DNA of 63,086 nucleotides, filler included, from Globobulimina sp. (GCA_003354225.1; 45 parts of 45 records of this genome joined end to end with filler, not necessarily neighbours in it); one strand, 5' to 3'. Positions 46,348-58,977 are shown, counted from the first letter of the whole stretch. Made by a program: numbers and translations. The notes: generated by a model not told the origin, from the letters alone.

Positions 46348-47487
46348 GCGAAAACATTGGATTTCGGACAGGACGATATTGTCATCCAAGTAGATAAAAC
46401 GCCATACCCGCAAAAATTACGAGGTGTTATCAGTTGCAAATCATATAAAAATGACGGTATACTTGTTTTTGGATTTTGTACTGGAGAAATGAAAACAAGA
46501 TCTTGTTACAAATACTTAATTAAAACACAAACATTTTTAAAATTATGCTCACCACCACGTCCATTGTATGGCTGTAACCTGTCAATAACACCAGATAATA
46601 AATATGTATTTGTTGGAGGAATTGCAGGGATTTTGGAGAAGCCAATTTACTTTTTATATGATGAAGATGTGAATCAATGGATAGATTTAAATGAATCAAT
46701 TGATGTCAATAAACAACAAAACCGCATATATCATTATGGCTGCATTTGTTTTGATGAAATAAATCATAATTTGCATATTTTCAATGAAAAAGAACATTTT
46801 ATGGTTGATTGGCATTCAAAATTGAAAATAATGAATAAATTACAAGATACATTTAAAGACATAGGTTGTGACAATTTAAATTTTGAATATCCATCAATGT
46901 GTTACAATAAACAGCAACAAAAATTGTATCTTTTTGGTGGAAAACAGAAAAAAATGTATTCATATTCCTGCATTTCAAGCGATGATGCAAATAATCAATG
47001 GATTGAATTAAGCAACAAATCAAATTTACCGCCTAAAATTAATAAATTTGGGAGTTTAGTAATTGATAATAAACAAATTATTGTTATTGGTGGTATTGAA
47101 TGGGGTTTATTTGATGCAGTGGATACAATTTTTATTTTTGATTTTTTTACTTCGATATGGAGCAAATCAAAACAAACATTACCTTTTAAATTAGGATATA
47201 TTTCACCGGTTTTGATCAATAATGCAATACATTGTTTTGGTGGTTATGATAAGTCGGGAATTGAAAAAGGTGGAGGCTGTGATTATCATTTAATTATTCA
47301 AACAAGACAACAAAAAGAAGAACAAGATCGACGAACACATCAAATTAAAATGGAAGCACTGAAAAGAAAACAAATCAAAGAAAGGAAAAGAAAAATTGAA
47401 TTGACAATTTCTGTTTCAATCACTGTTGTTTGTGTCGCCTACATTGTATATACACTTGGAACAAAATTTAAAATATTCCGTAATTAA
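46348..47487 (+). CDS. Kelch-repeat protein with C-terminal TM anchor, 5'-partial
   Basis: VFVGG, LYLFGG, IVIGG, IHCFGG with downstream W; hydrophobic tail. Confidence 0.88.
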   Translation, partial: AKTLDFGQDDIVIQVDKTPYPQKLRGVISCKSYKNDGILVFGFCTGEMKTRSCYKYLIKTQTFLKLCSPPRPLYGCNLSITPDNKYVFVGGIAGILEKPIYFLYDEDVNQWIDLNESIDVNKQQNRIYHYGCICFDEINHNLHIFNEKEHFMVDWHSKLKIMNKLQDTFKDIGCDNLNFEYPSMCYNKQQQKLYLFGGKQKKMYSYSCISSDDANNQWIELSNKSNLPPKINKFGSLVIDNKQIIVIGGIEWGLFDAVDTIFIFDFFTSIWSKSKQTLPFKLGYISPVLINNAIHCFGGYDKSGIEKGGGCDYHLIIQTRQQKEEQDRRTHQIKMEALKRKQIKERKRKIELTISVSITVVCVAYIVYTLGTKFKIFRN

Positions 47488-48021
47488 TTAAACTAAACTG
47501 TAAATTACACGTTTTGTATACACAAAGCTCCGCATTTTATATGTAATTTATGTTGTTGCGGTTGTTTCCATTTCTATGTTGCCCGCATCTGCGGTTTTTT
47601 CATGATCCTCAATATGTTGTTTTGTTTGCAACACTCCATTTCTATACTCAANNNNNNNNNNNNNNNNNNNNNNNNNNNNNNNNNNNNNNNNNNNNTTAAT
47701 TAATTAANNNNNNNNNNNNNNNNNNNNNNNNNNNNNNNNNNNNNNNNNNNNGAAATATTCTAACGTATTAAATAATGTTTTAAACGAAATTGATAAATAT
47801 ATTATTAATGATCAGTCTGTAATGCATCAACAATTATCATATCAATTTTTATCGAAATATAACATGTCAAAATCTGAATTTTATCGAAATATACAAACAC
47901 AAAAATACAACAAAATCAAAAATACAAACACAGGACATCTCCGTTTTTCTTTTTTTGTTGATAACATGTTTCTAAAAACCAAGTTTTTTAAAAACCTTGC
48001 ACCACATCTTTTTATTGTTAA

Positions 48022-49055
48022 ATGTCAGCACATATCAGCGGCGGTTACGCTAAAGAGCCACCAACATACGGCAAGGTATTGTTAAAAACGACTGTTGGTG
48101 ACATTGACATTGAGTTATGGCCAAAACAAGCACCGAAAGCCTGTCGAAACTTCATGCAATTAGTGATGGAAGAATATTACAATGATTGTATATTTCACCG
48201 AGTAATTCCGAATTTCATGGCGCAAACCGGTGACCCAAGCGGCACCGGACTCGGTGGTGAGAGTGCGTACGGCATTCCGTTTAAAGATGAGTTCCATTCA
48301 CGACTAAAATTTAGCCATCGAGGCATAATCGCAATGGCAAATTCTGGCGTTAAACATGACAATAAATCACAGTTTTTCATTACATTGGATAAATGCGAGT
48401 GGTTGAACAGAAAACATACAATCTTTGGCAAAGTGACTGGGAATACAATTTACAATATTTTAAAATTCAACGATTTGGAGATAAATAAGGAAACTGATCA
48501 TCCTATGATTGAACAGAAAATCTATTCCATTGAGATATTATTAAATCCTTTCGATGATATCATACCGCGCGAAATTATAAAAAGTAAAACAAAAACAACA
48601 AAGGATTCAAATGATAAGCAAGCGGGTAAAAAAAATAAGTCATTGAAACAAATGGGAGCTAAGAATGACACTCAATTGTTAGCATTTGGTGATGGTGAGG
48701 ACGATGAGGAGGAAACATTGAGTTTGATTGAGACAAATAATAAATTGAAAAATGATAAAAAAAAAACTAGTGATATGGAATCAGCAAATGATGGGAATGT
48801 AAGTGGTGAAATGATGGATATTATTCGTAGGAAATTAGCGGGGAAATCTAAATTGAAAACAAATAAACGGACTTTTGCGGAGATTGCTGGTGAAAATGAG
48901 AGGGATTTGGCGCCAAAGAAGCGTAAAATTGATGCGGTTAATAATGAAAATACTGAGTATGAAATGTTAAAGAAGCAGTTATTGGAGAAACAGAGGGATA
49001 ATAATAATGAGGCTGATTATGGAGATGATGAGGACGAAGATAACAAAACGGAATT
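48022..49055 (+). CDS. CWC27: Spliceosomal cyclophilin CWC27, 3'-partial
   Basis: EPPTYGKVLLKTTVGDIDIELWPKQAPKACRNF, DEFHSRLKFSHRG, GNTIYN, NPFDDIIPR. Confidence 0.95.
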
Positions 49056-49156
49056 NNNNNNNNNNNNNNNNNNNNNNNNNNNNNNNNNNNNNNNNNNNNT
49101 TAATTAATTAANNNNNNNNNNNNNNNNNNNNNNNNNNNNNNNNNNNNNNNNNNNNG

Positions 49157-49297
49157 TGTGAAAATAAATTCTTTGAGCAGAAGTCACACCTCTCCATGGG
49201 AAGTCCATTATCCACTTTCTTAGCTGGAATATTTATGGAAATTTTGGAGAAGGAATATTTGAATCAAGTAGATTTTTCACCAATTTTATTTTATAGA
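49157..49297 (+). mobile_element. Penelope-like element RT fragment
   Basis: FFEQKSHLSMGSPLSTFLAGIFMEILE..PILFYR, cut just before the expected YxDD. Confidence 0.8.
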
Positions 49298-50459
49298 GTT
49301 CCTGTTGGTCGACTACTTACTTCACTAGAAACAACTTATAATATTCCACCAGGAGCATTGAATTGGTTAAGATCTTATTTATCAGGACGAAAACAAATGG
49401 TTCGTGTTAATGGTTCTTTATCAACTATTCGTAACGTCATCTCTGGTGTGCCACAAGGCAGTGTTTTGGGCCCAATGCTTTTTAATGCTTATTCGGCTCC
49501 CGCCATGCAACTCATTCTTTCATCAGGTGCCACTTGCATTGGTTATGCTGATGATTTATGTTATGTTAAGAAGGCTGAAACTGTTCAGGAACAAACTGAT
49601 ATAATTCGAGATGCCAATGCCATTGTTAATTGCTTTTCTTCACTTGGACTGTCTATAAATGTGAACAAAACTCAAGCCATGATGTTCTCCTTATCCAATA
49701 TTGAAGTTAATTTTGATATTCAGCCACATATTAACGATCAAAACCTGAACGTTGTTACAAGTGTCAAATATCTTGGTATCTGGTTAGACAAAAGCCTTTC
49801 TTGGTCCATTCATTCAAAAAAAGCTGCATCAAAGTCACGACAAGCGATTGGAGCATTCTCACGCCATTGTCGAAATTTTGTCCCAAAATCGATATTCGAT
49901 AATGTGTATAAATCTGTTATTCTGCCATCTTTTCTCTATGGTCTCACTGTTGCATATCCCATCAAAGTAAATGATCGTTCACGTTTAGAACGAGTTCAGC
50001 TTTATGCAGCACGAATTATGAGCAACAATTTTGAAATGCCATCTGATGAACTTTTGTCACATGTAAGATTGAAAACAATTTCTAAGATCATTCAAGAAAG
50101 GAGACTTATTTTATTACATAATTATCACCATGGACTTAGATTTGTGCCTGAAGGTGTGCTTGTTTCCCAAACTGATTTTGTGGGAAGAAATACCCGTAGG
50201 AGAACCGAAATTCAAAACGATTTTCTGTACAACTGTCCATTTCCAACGAGGGGTCGTTGTGGTCATGGTTTCTTCATGGACTCTATAGGTTATTGGAACA
50301 ATTTATCTAATACGAATATTTCACTTGACAAAGAACGTTTTAAGAAATTTGTGAAGAGATCTGTAATTAATTGATATTGATTTTATTTTGCTATATTTTC
50401 ATGTGTACTAACTAATTCCTATATTAACAAGTGCTGTATTACGGTCTCTTTGGATTATT
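49298..50459 (+). mobile_element. 5'-truncated CR1-like LINE (RT C-terminal part and 3' UTR)
   Basis: WLRSYLSGRKQMV, SGVPQGSVLGPMLF, YADD, KYLGI, LERVQ..AARI. Confidence 0.93.
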
Positions 50460-50559
50460 NNNNNNNNNNNNNNNNNNNNNNNNNNNNNNNNNNNNNNNNN
50501 NNNTTAATTAATTAANNNNNNNNNNNNNNNNNNNNNNNNNNNNNNNNNNNNNNNNNNNN

Positions 50560-51789
50560 GATCTGGAAAATGATAAAATTTGCATTTTAATCCATATCTA
50601 CATTCTTTGCCGTGTTTACATTTTGGTTTATATCCACCACGGCCACCACTACGATCTCCGCGATGTTGATCTCCGCGATTTTGATCTCCGCGATTTCGAT
50701 CTCAGCGATTTCGATCTCCGCGATTATTATTATAGCGATTGCTATATTTATTAATTCCGTTTCCTTGTTTTAATGCATTTATTTCTACTCTTAATTGATT
50801 AATTTCGTCATGATGACCAATATTAATCTCATTGATACTGTGAGTTGTTGACTCAACAGCAGATAAATAATTTTCTTGCTCTATAAATCGAGCTAAAATA
50901 ATTTCTAATTGGTTTGTATTAATTGCTGGCGTATTATGTATATGTACCGCTTTATCGATCACTCGCGATCGTGTTCCAACATTTAAACCTTTAATAAAAC
51001 ATTCTGCTGCTTCATATTCATTGATATCTTGATAATTATAACCATTCGCACGTTGTATTTTTATTTCAATGGGTAATGTCTGTCTTAATTCCTTAAATCT
51101 CTCTAAATGTTTCTTCAAGGAAACGTTTCCTTGTTTACTTTGTTGGACTTTCTTTTTATAATAAATTACTTGATTTAATTTACCATATCTCTCAATTAAT
51201 ACTGTCCAAATTAATGCTACTTTATCTGAGGCATTATTTAATTGACTGAAATCTAAATCTCTTTGTTGTAAATAAATATAGGCGGATTCGCCCAAAATCT
51301 TACCATATAATAATAATTTCAGTAATACGTCATTATTAATCTCATTATTCGCACAATATTTATCTATGCGTAATTTAAAATGATTAATATTTTCTGTCTC
51401 TTTTCCATTAAATTTGAACGGAATGCTTGTAATGGCTAATTTTGCCAAAGCATTCTCAATTTGTCGCTGAATATTATTATGTCGAGGCATATTCTCTCGA
51501 TTTTCTTGAGGTAATACATCATTTTTTTCTTCATCTTCGCGATTAACAATAAAACTATCAATAATAATAATAGCATCTTGTATTAATTCACGAAAATCCT
51601 GTTCATTGTCAATAATAATATGAATATATGATCATTATCTCTATTCAACGTATATTCGAGACGAACGACGACGGCAAAATCAAATTTTTCAATGATTCGC
51701 TCTTTAAACGATTCGAAATCACCTAAATCTTCTTGGCTGAATCGTATTCTTCTTGTTTCATTTTGTGATTTTACTTTAAACCAAGTCAT
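50560..51789 (-). pseudogene. PB1 domain - Gag-like capsid - RGD repeats - CCCH finger; one frameshift (about 51625) and one TGA (50702-50704); 3'-partial
   Basis: FKVKSQNETRRIRF..IIIDNEQDFRELI; PFKFNG..KQGNVSLKKHLERFKEL..FIKGL; CKHGKECRYGLKCKFYH. Confidence 0.72.
50652..50725 (-). repeat. 15-bp tandem repeat x5 encoding NRGD[RQ]
   Basis: AATCGCGGAGATC[GA]A units; unit 2 has GGA changed to TGA. Confidence 0.9.
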
Positions 51790-52222
51790 CGTTTGATTCG
51801 TTTCTGTATATTATTATTCTTTTAATATACTTATTTCTTTCGATTGATTCAATTGAATTTATNNNNNNNNNNNNNNNNNNNNNNNNNNNNNNNNNNNNNN
51901 NNNNNNTTAATTAATTAANNNNNNNNNNNNNNNNNNNNNNNNNNNNNNNNNNNNNNNNNNNNCAATATCAAGACCTAATTCAACTAAATGTTTGTAAATT
52001 GATGGTGATTTTTGTTTTTGTTTTGCTTGTTTGTTTTGTTGTGTTTTCTGTAAAGATAACAAGCAGAAAAATCTCAGATTACATTTGAATTTGAATAACA
52101 GACAAACAATATTTGGGAACCATACACTCAGTTTATTTCCCATATTCAGCGTATATACGTACTGACACTCGAACTTTAAGGCATCGGAAGGATGACGGAA
52201 AAAAAAGATTGAAAAAACCTAG

Positions 52223-52579
52223 TTGAATACTACTAACTTCTACCATTTGTTGCATGGTTGGTTGAAGACAAAAAAAAAAGAAACAGCGTCATGTCATCGA
52301 AAAAAAAAAAACCCTAAAATCACGCCTAAAAAAAAGCTGCCAACCAAGATGAAAATTTCTGGGCAACGGCTGCCGCCGTCGCGTGCCCAGCCATCACCAA
52401 CCACCAAATCCAAAAAAGCAGAGAAAAACAAGGGTGGCAATGCCGACGTCGTCCAACGTCTTCAAAAGCTCGTCCAACAAAAAAACACCACCATCGACCA
52501 ATTGACGGAGAGAATCAACACCTTAGCTATGAAAAACAAATCACTTGAAACCAAATATATGCAAGAGCACAACAATTAA
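52223..52579 (+). CDS. Small basic coiled-coil hypothetical protein (start uncertain)
   Basis: Lys-rich region, then heptads VVQRLQKLVQQKNTTIDQL. Confidence 0.35.
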   Translation: MNTTNFYHLLHGWLKTKKKETASCHRKKKNPKITPKKKLPTKMKISGQRLPPSRAQPSPTTKSKKAEKNKGGNADVVQRLQKLVQQKNTTIDQLTERINTLAMKNKSLETKYMQEHNN

Positions 52580-52739
52580 AGCCCGATTTTAAGATTAAAG
52601 CAAAGGCATCGTTCGTTGACGATAATTTTTCATTAATGTCCATAGCCGACGCTAATTTATACATTAGGCCCTGACGCTAATTTTCTAAAATAATTAGGCC
52701 CTGACGAAGGCTATTTCCTGAACAACAAAAAGAGTGTCA

Positions 52740-53265
52740 TTACTTTGAGCTGTGCGTGGGAGGACGTTTTTCATTCTCACTCGAACTCAAATTCTCGACC
52801 TCATTCTCATTCCCAATGCCATTCTCATTCGCATTCTCATTCGCATTCTCATCATCTTTATAAAAACGATAATTGCCATCACGATCATAAACATCTAAAT
52901 CTGGCAACAATTTTAAAAAGCCCAACTGATTTTCATCGATTACTTCATCATTTTCAGACATTGGCGCATCATCCACTGACATCGACGTTATCATCCACAG
53001 GCATCGATATATTATTGGCTGGGATCGATATATTATTCGCTGGCAACGAGGTATTATTGGCTGCGATCGATATATTATTAGCTGGCATCGATATATTATT
53101 GGCTGGGATCGATATATTATTGGCTTGCATCGATATATTTTTGGCTGGCAACGAGGTATTATTGGCTGGCAACACATTATTGTCTGGAAACACATTATTG
53201 TCTGGCACCACGTTATTGGCTGGTAACACATTATTGGGTGGAAACACATTATTGGCTTGCAACAC
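52740..53265 (-). CDS. Protein C-terminus made of 18/21-bp tandem repeats (NNVLPA / NNISMPA) with a 1-nt frameshift near 52990
   Basis: Repeat register continues in the second frame (TSMSVDDAPMSEND), followed by an acidic tail. Confidence 0.55.
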
Positions 53266-53365
53266 NNNNNNNNNNNNNNNNNNNNNNNNNNNNNNNNNNN
53301 NNNNNNNNNTTAATTAATTAANNNNNNNNNNNNNNNNNNNNNNNNNNNNNNNNNNNNNNNNNNNN

Positions 53366-54668
53366 TCGAAAGAAGAGGCGCTTTTACATCTGGACCATTT
53401 TGGGAAAACTGCATTTATGGCTAGTTTTTGGAAGTCTGGTCAGGCGGGAATTGCAAATGCAAAGATAATGTTGGATAACATTGGAAATATCGAAACAAAA
53501 CTAAAGTTAATCAATCCTTCCTTTGATATTCTATCATTAGCATCGAAATCATATTTTTTTAATTGTAAAAATTGGTTTAAAAATGCATTACAAAATATGA
53601 GTGATAAATATATCGATAATATTGAATTATTAATACCATTATTTCGTGTAGCTGCACATCAAAATGATTTGCAATTTGCACAGTTAATTATCAGTAAAGT
53701 TGATGCTAAAAATTCAAATAAAATTTTACAATTTGTAACAAGAAAAATATCATCAATAAATGAAGAATGTTGTTTACATTTTGCTGCATATTGTAAGTTT
53801 GCAGAAATGTTGCAAATGTTATTTGATTTAATTACAAATAACATTAATAATTATGATTTAAATAAATTATTATTTGTTGCCAATAAGTATAATGAAACAT
53901 TATTAACAATTGCGTGCAAACAAAATAATCCACAAATTATAAATTATGTTTTATCAAAAATTAAAAATAAAAATGAGAAATTAAAATTAATTGAAATGGA
54001 ATCAATCTATGAATTAAAAAAAACAAAGGAAAATTATAAAAACAAAAATGATCATCAAATTGGTATTAATTCGGTGTTGATGGCTTGTATGAAATGTACA
54101 GATATATATTGTATGAAAGAATTATTGTGCCATTATGATAAAAAAAATATACAATCAATCATTAAATATTCAAATAATAAAAATCAAAATATTTATCATT
54201 TTGTACAAAATATCAAACAATGTGAATATTTAGAAAATACTTATAAAGTTCGCTTTGGATTGAAAGAGTTTAACAGCGCCGATAGTGATGGAATGACACC
54301 ATTTATAAAAATACTTTTTAAGGGTGGCTGTGAGAGGCAATTTATTGAATGGATATTGCAGAAATGTTGTAAGAATAAGGAAGAACAATTAAAATTAATG
54401 TATAATTATAATGGTGATGGCGAAAATGCATTGGATACAGTTCACCAGAAAGAGATTCAATTTTTATTGACACAAACTATAAGAAATATAATATCATCAT
54501 TTAAAAAGATCAAAGATTTACAAAATGTAATGGTTCCAATATTTTTATGGTCATTAAAAATGGGTAAAATAGGTTTGGCGAAATGGTTGCTATCAAAATT
54601 AAATAATGACTCTGATAAACGAAAATTAATAAATTGTTCAAATAAATTTGGTTTAAATACGGCTTTTG
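53366..54668 (+). CDS. Ankyrin-repeat protein fragment
   Basis: GKTAFMAS, ECCLHFAA, NETLLTIAC, DGMTPF, DGENAL, GLNTAF. Confidence 0.85.
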
Positions 54669-54768
54669 NNNNNNNNNNNNNNNNNNNNNNNNNNNNNNNN
54701 NNNNNNNNNNNNTTAATTAATTAANNNNNNNNNNNNNNNNNNNNNNNNNNNNNNNNNNNNNNNNNNNN

Positions 54769-55003
54769 CCTGTATCATTTGATTTAAACATTGCTTGCAA
54801 TATAAACATATTTCTTCATCATTATGATTGCAGCCTAATTCCACCGCATCACAACAAACTGAGCCACAATCAGCACATAAATATTCTCCTTCAAATAATT
54901 GGCTATTCCATCCTTTATTATGCACCTTTAGCAATGAAAGTACTTCATTCATGTGACTGGAAACAGGAACGTTAAAATGCGCATGGTCACCACTCAAAAA
55001 CAT
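54769..55003 (-). CDS. N-terminal RING-like (TRAF-type) protein, 3'-partial
   Basis: CADCGSVCCDAVELGCNH..LYCKQCL. Confidence 0.7.
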
Positions 55004-55185
55004 TTAACAAAAAAAAAGCAGTTGGATTTGTCGTGAATAAAGTTGGATTTGCTTATCACCGAAATAAAATGGCTCACAATATGCTTTATTTTATGTTTTA
55101 ACCTTTGGATTTTGAGCTATATATCGTTCAAATGCAAAATAATGACGGACAAATAGGGTATACTATAAATGTTTAAAGAAAAACA

Positions 55186-55530
55186 CATGTAATTACATGT
55201 AATTTTCATGTAATTTTCATGTAATTACATGTAATTTTCATGTAATTTTCATGTAATTACATGTAATTTTCATGTAATTTTCATGTAATGAAATAATTTG
55301 ATAATAACTATATTTTTTTCATTTTCATTGCCGTTTTTAATGAAATTTACATGTAATTACGTGTAAATCCTTGAAATAATTTGATAATAACTATATTTTT
55401 TTCATTTTCATTGCCATTTCCATTACCACGTAAATCTATGAAATAATTTGATAATCATTATATTTTTCTGTTTTCATTTCCGTTTCCGTTTCTGTTTCCA
55501 TTTTCATTGTCACGTAAATAAGGCATGTAA
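55186..55530. repeat. Compound repeat: CATGTAAT x10 in a 32-bp higher-order unit, then three units of about 70-80 bp
   Basis: (CATGTAATTA CATGTAATTTT CATGTAATTTT) x3; GAAATAATTTGATAAT at 55290, 55373 and 55440. Confidence 0.88.
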
Positions 55531-56171
55531 TTAACGTATATTTCTATGTAGATAAAGCCTTCAATTGCATTCAAAAGTGATCATTCAAAAAAATAAAGAT
55601 GAAAAAAAAAAAAATTACTTTAAACAATCTAGTTCAATGTTTTGAGTATTATCTCATCAGATTCGTTCCATTCCAATGCTTCTTCATTCCATAATAAGGC
55701 CCCATCAAAATCCCTCACTTGGCTCAAAAATATAGCATAGTTAATGTTTATTACATTTTGAAAAGAAGCCGTCGGAACTAATAATACCGGAAATATAAGT
55801 TATTGCAACAACTCCCATACAACCATCAATATTGCAAAACAAAAAACAAATCCAAATAATAATACACCACAACGACATCAAACACTGTTACATCAAAGTG
55901 ATAATAATACATTAAAGTATAACAACAATCATAACTCTCCAATTCGGTTTGTCCGCAAGGACAGGAAAGAAAATTGTACGTATCACAGTCTTGTGCTTGC
56001 GATCCTGACGTTTATAAATTCAAATTCAATTCAGATAATCATTTACATTTTCATTTACCTCAACCAAGTGANNNNNNNNNNNNNNNNNNNNNNNNNNNNN
56101 NNNNNNNNNNNNNNNTTAATTAATTAANNNNNNNNNNNNNNNNNNNNNNNNNNNNNNNNNNNNNNNNNNNN

Positions 56172-57474
56172 TTGTTTGTATTATTTTGATTGTCATAGTT
56201 ATAATTATAATACTCATTTTCTTTATTATTTTGGTAATGTTGATTGTTATCATTATCGTATATATCATTATTGTTGTTATTATCATAACTATTCTCATTA
56301 TTGTTGTTATTGGAATTATTATCATTCTCTTCCTCCTTATTACCGTATATATTATTATTATCATTATTGGAATGAGTGTCATTTTCTTGCGTACAGTCAA
56401 TCTGTGCAGCAGCTGCTGGTAATTGGTTATTATTATTATCATCATCATCATCATCCGATGAGTCATCAGATGACGGAGTTCCTGAACTTCCTGGGCTTCC
56501 TCCTAAACATATTGTTTTTTGTTTTGCTGGTTTTGATTGCAATGGTCCCACTCTCTGTAATTTGCTATCATCACCATCTGTATTTATATGTTGTTTATTA
56601 TTATTATTACTTTCTTGCTCTGTTTTATTTTCAGAGTCAGTGTCATCTTCATCGTCATCGTCAGAAGATGGTGTCTGTGGTGTATTGCCGCTTGTTATCG
56701 ATTTATTATTCTCATTATTCTCATTATTCAACATTAAATGTTTTGGAAATAATCCAGTTTGATCTTTATCATTATTTATATGTTCTAAATCACTCAAAAA
56801 ACCCCCATCATCATCCACATCCATTTTTGTATCTTCGTCTCTCGTGATTGCAGTTGGAATGTTTGGATATTGATTGGTCACTACTTCATTTCTATAGATA
56901 TACAAATGTCAAACTATAAATGTAAGATATAATAATAAAATAAACGTAACATTTTTCGTCTTTTTCTCGGTTGGGTTGGATAACAAAAAGCATTATAATG
57001 CCTTTCCAGCGGTTGGTTGCAATGCCTCTGCCTCTGCCTCTTGAGCGGCAATATTCTCTTTTTGGGTTTACAGTTGATTCCATACACTTTTGTCTTTGGT
57101 TTTAAATGTTGCTGCACCTTTTCATAAAATGTAAGTGGCGCTTTCTTTGGTATTTTAGTCAAAAAGTCTTTGACAATCGGCTCATTATCACTGTCATCAT
57201 CTGACATATCTTCCAATTTATCATTATTTATTTCATTGGTACTTGTTGTGGTGGCCGTGTTTGTCGATGATGATGGCGATGGATTTTGCTGTGTTTTTGA
57301 TTTTGTATCAGTATCGATATCAATATCTGGATGCGAAGGAAACAATGATTTGGGTGATGACACGATTTCTTTTGATTGCATATCATTTTCTTTTTTTCGG
57401 TTTTGTTCAAATAATATGAATGCATTTAAATGCTCGATATATTCAATTGGTTCCCATGTAAACTGATCATGTTA
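56172..57474 (-). CDS. Low-complexity Asn/Asp/Ser-rich protein fragment with an intron near 56890-56950
   Basis: Two long ORFs flank an AT-rich intron-like segment; (AAT)n and (GAT)n coding repeats. Confidence 0.6.
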
Positions 57475-57575
57475 NNNNNNNNNNNNNNNNNNNNNNNNNN
57501 NNNNNNNNNNNNNNNNNNTTAATTAATTAANNNNNNNNNNNNNNNNNNNNNNNNNNNNNNNNNNNNNNNNNNNNG

Positions 57576-58679
57576 AAATCCATATCTTGGAAATCAAATG
57601 TTATATCATTAAAAACAAAGAAAATAACAGAGTTAAACAAATGGACTGCTGATACAGCTCTATGTTGTACGCCATATATTCGATTATCAACAAAAGTGAG
57701 GCAACAAATTTTCAATATTACAAACATCCAAAATAACCATAAATATAATGCTGTTTTTAATTGTGATGCATCAAATTGCCATTCCATTATATTCGACAGA
57801 ACACAGTTTGCGACGATACCGGAGCAATTTGGTTATGTTGTTATATTGCAGATTTTGTAGAGAATTTGCCCATTTTTTTGATTGTATGATAATTTCCTGA
57901 GAATACATTCATAAAAATGGTCAAATTGTAATATGCGTGTTGAGCATATACGTACTAATTATAATTTACATGCAGCCATCAGTGCTTTTGAATGGACATT
58001 GCCTAATTTACCGGAACGGATTAGTTGCGCTACTTGTGCATATTCGAAAAAATATGGTTTAATCACAATTGGAGTCAACAAAGAGAGAGAAAAGAAATTT
58101 TATAGATTGGAATTTGATTCGCATGAATATTATCAATCACATAATTGGAACTGGAGAGTCATAAAAAATGTGCCAAAGCATTCAATTTTACATTATTCGT
58201 CAAATGTTTTTGATGACAGATTATTTGTGATTGTTGGGGATAAAACCATGTCAATGTATGATTTGGAGACACATAAATGGCATGAAACATTAGCTGCACT
58301 CAAATATAAAAGAGCTAAATGTGCAGTGTTATGCGATGCTTTTACGTCAATGATATATGTTGGCGGCGGCGAAAGCAATCCCGCATATTATCATTATGGT
58401 AATTATGACAACCTTTCATCGCATATTGAATATTACAATATGGTGAAACAAGGGTGGTTTCATCATTTGCCAGAGACTTGGATGTCGCACAAAAATTATC
58501 CTATTTTATGGAAAGATCATTCAATTTTATATATTGCGTCTGCTTGGAATGATGGAGCTGAATATTTGGATTTGAGAGAAAATGCTAAAATGTGGACGCG
58601 AGTATATATAAATAACATGCAATCATTGTCAAATGTATTTTGTAGAAAAATAAATAAATTTACTAGACTGATTTGTTAA
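57576..58679 (+). CDS. Kelch-like protein, 5'-partial, with an intron starting near 57832
   Basis: LFVIVG..MYDLETHKW, IYVGGG..EYYNMVKQGW, EYLDLRE..W. Confidence 0.75.
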
Positions 58680-58977
58680 TGACTTGTTTGCTGCATGTTT
58701 GTAAACAGCATTTTATTGAATTGATTTCTTAGAGTTTTGAATTAAGAAATTTATCACTGTGAATCTCAAACACGTCATTGCCAAATTTATATGGCCATGA
58801 ATTATAAAGCATTGATTGACACATACGATATCAGCTCAATTAAGAATGATATTAATGCTGAAAATTTAATTCCATTCNNNNNNNNNNNNNNNNNNNNNNN
58901 NNNNNNNNNNNNNNNNNNNNNTTAATTAATTAANNNNNNNNNNNNNNNNNNNNNNNNNNNNNNNNNNNNNNNNNNNN

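Noticed and set aside
14343-50704. Genome-wide TGA reassignment
   Set aside because: Host ORFs appear to end in TGA (21901, 24964, 25593, 44031), and conserved Trp uses TGG. In-frame TGAs are seen in decaying elements.
52640-52725. Hammerhead-like CTGACGA within short repeats
   Set aside because: No stem II closed by GAAA follows; only a degenerate repeat of about 30 bp.
56116-57466. Multiple overlapping Ile/Tyr/Leu-rich ORFs
   Set aside because: Shadow frames of (AAT)n/(GAT)n coding repeats.
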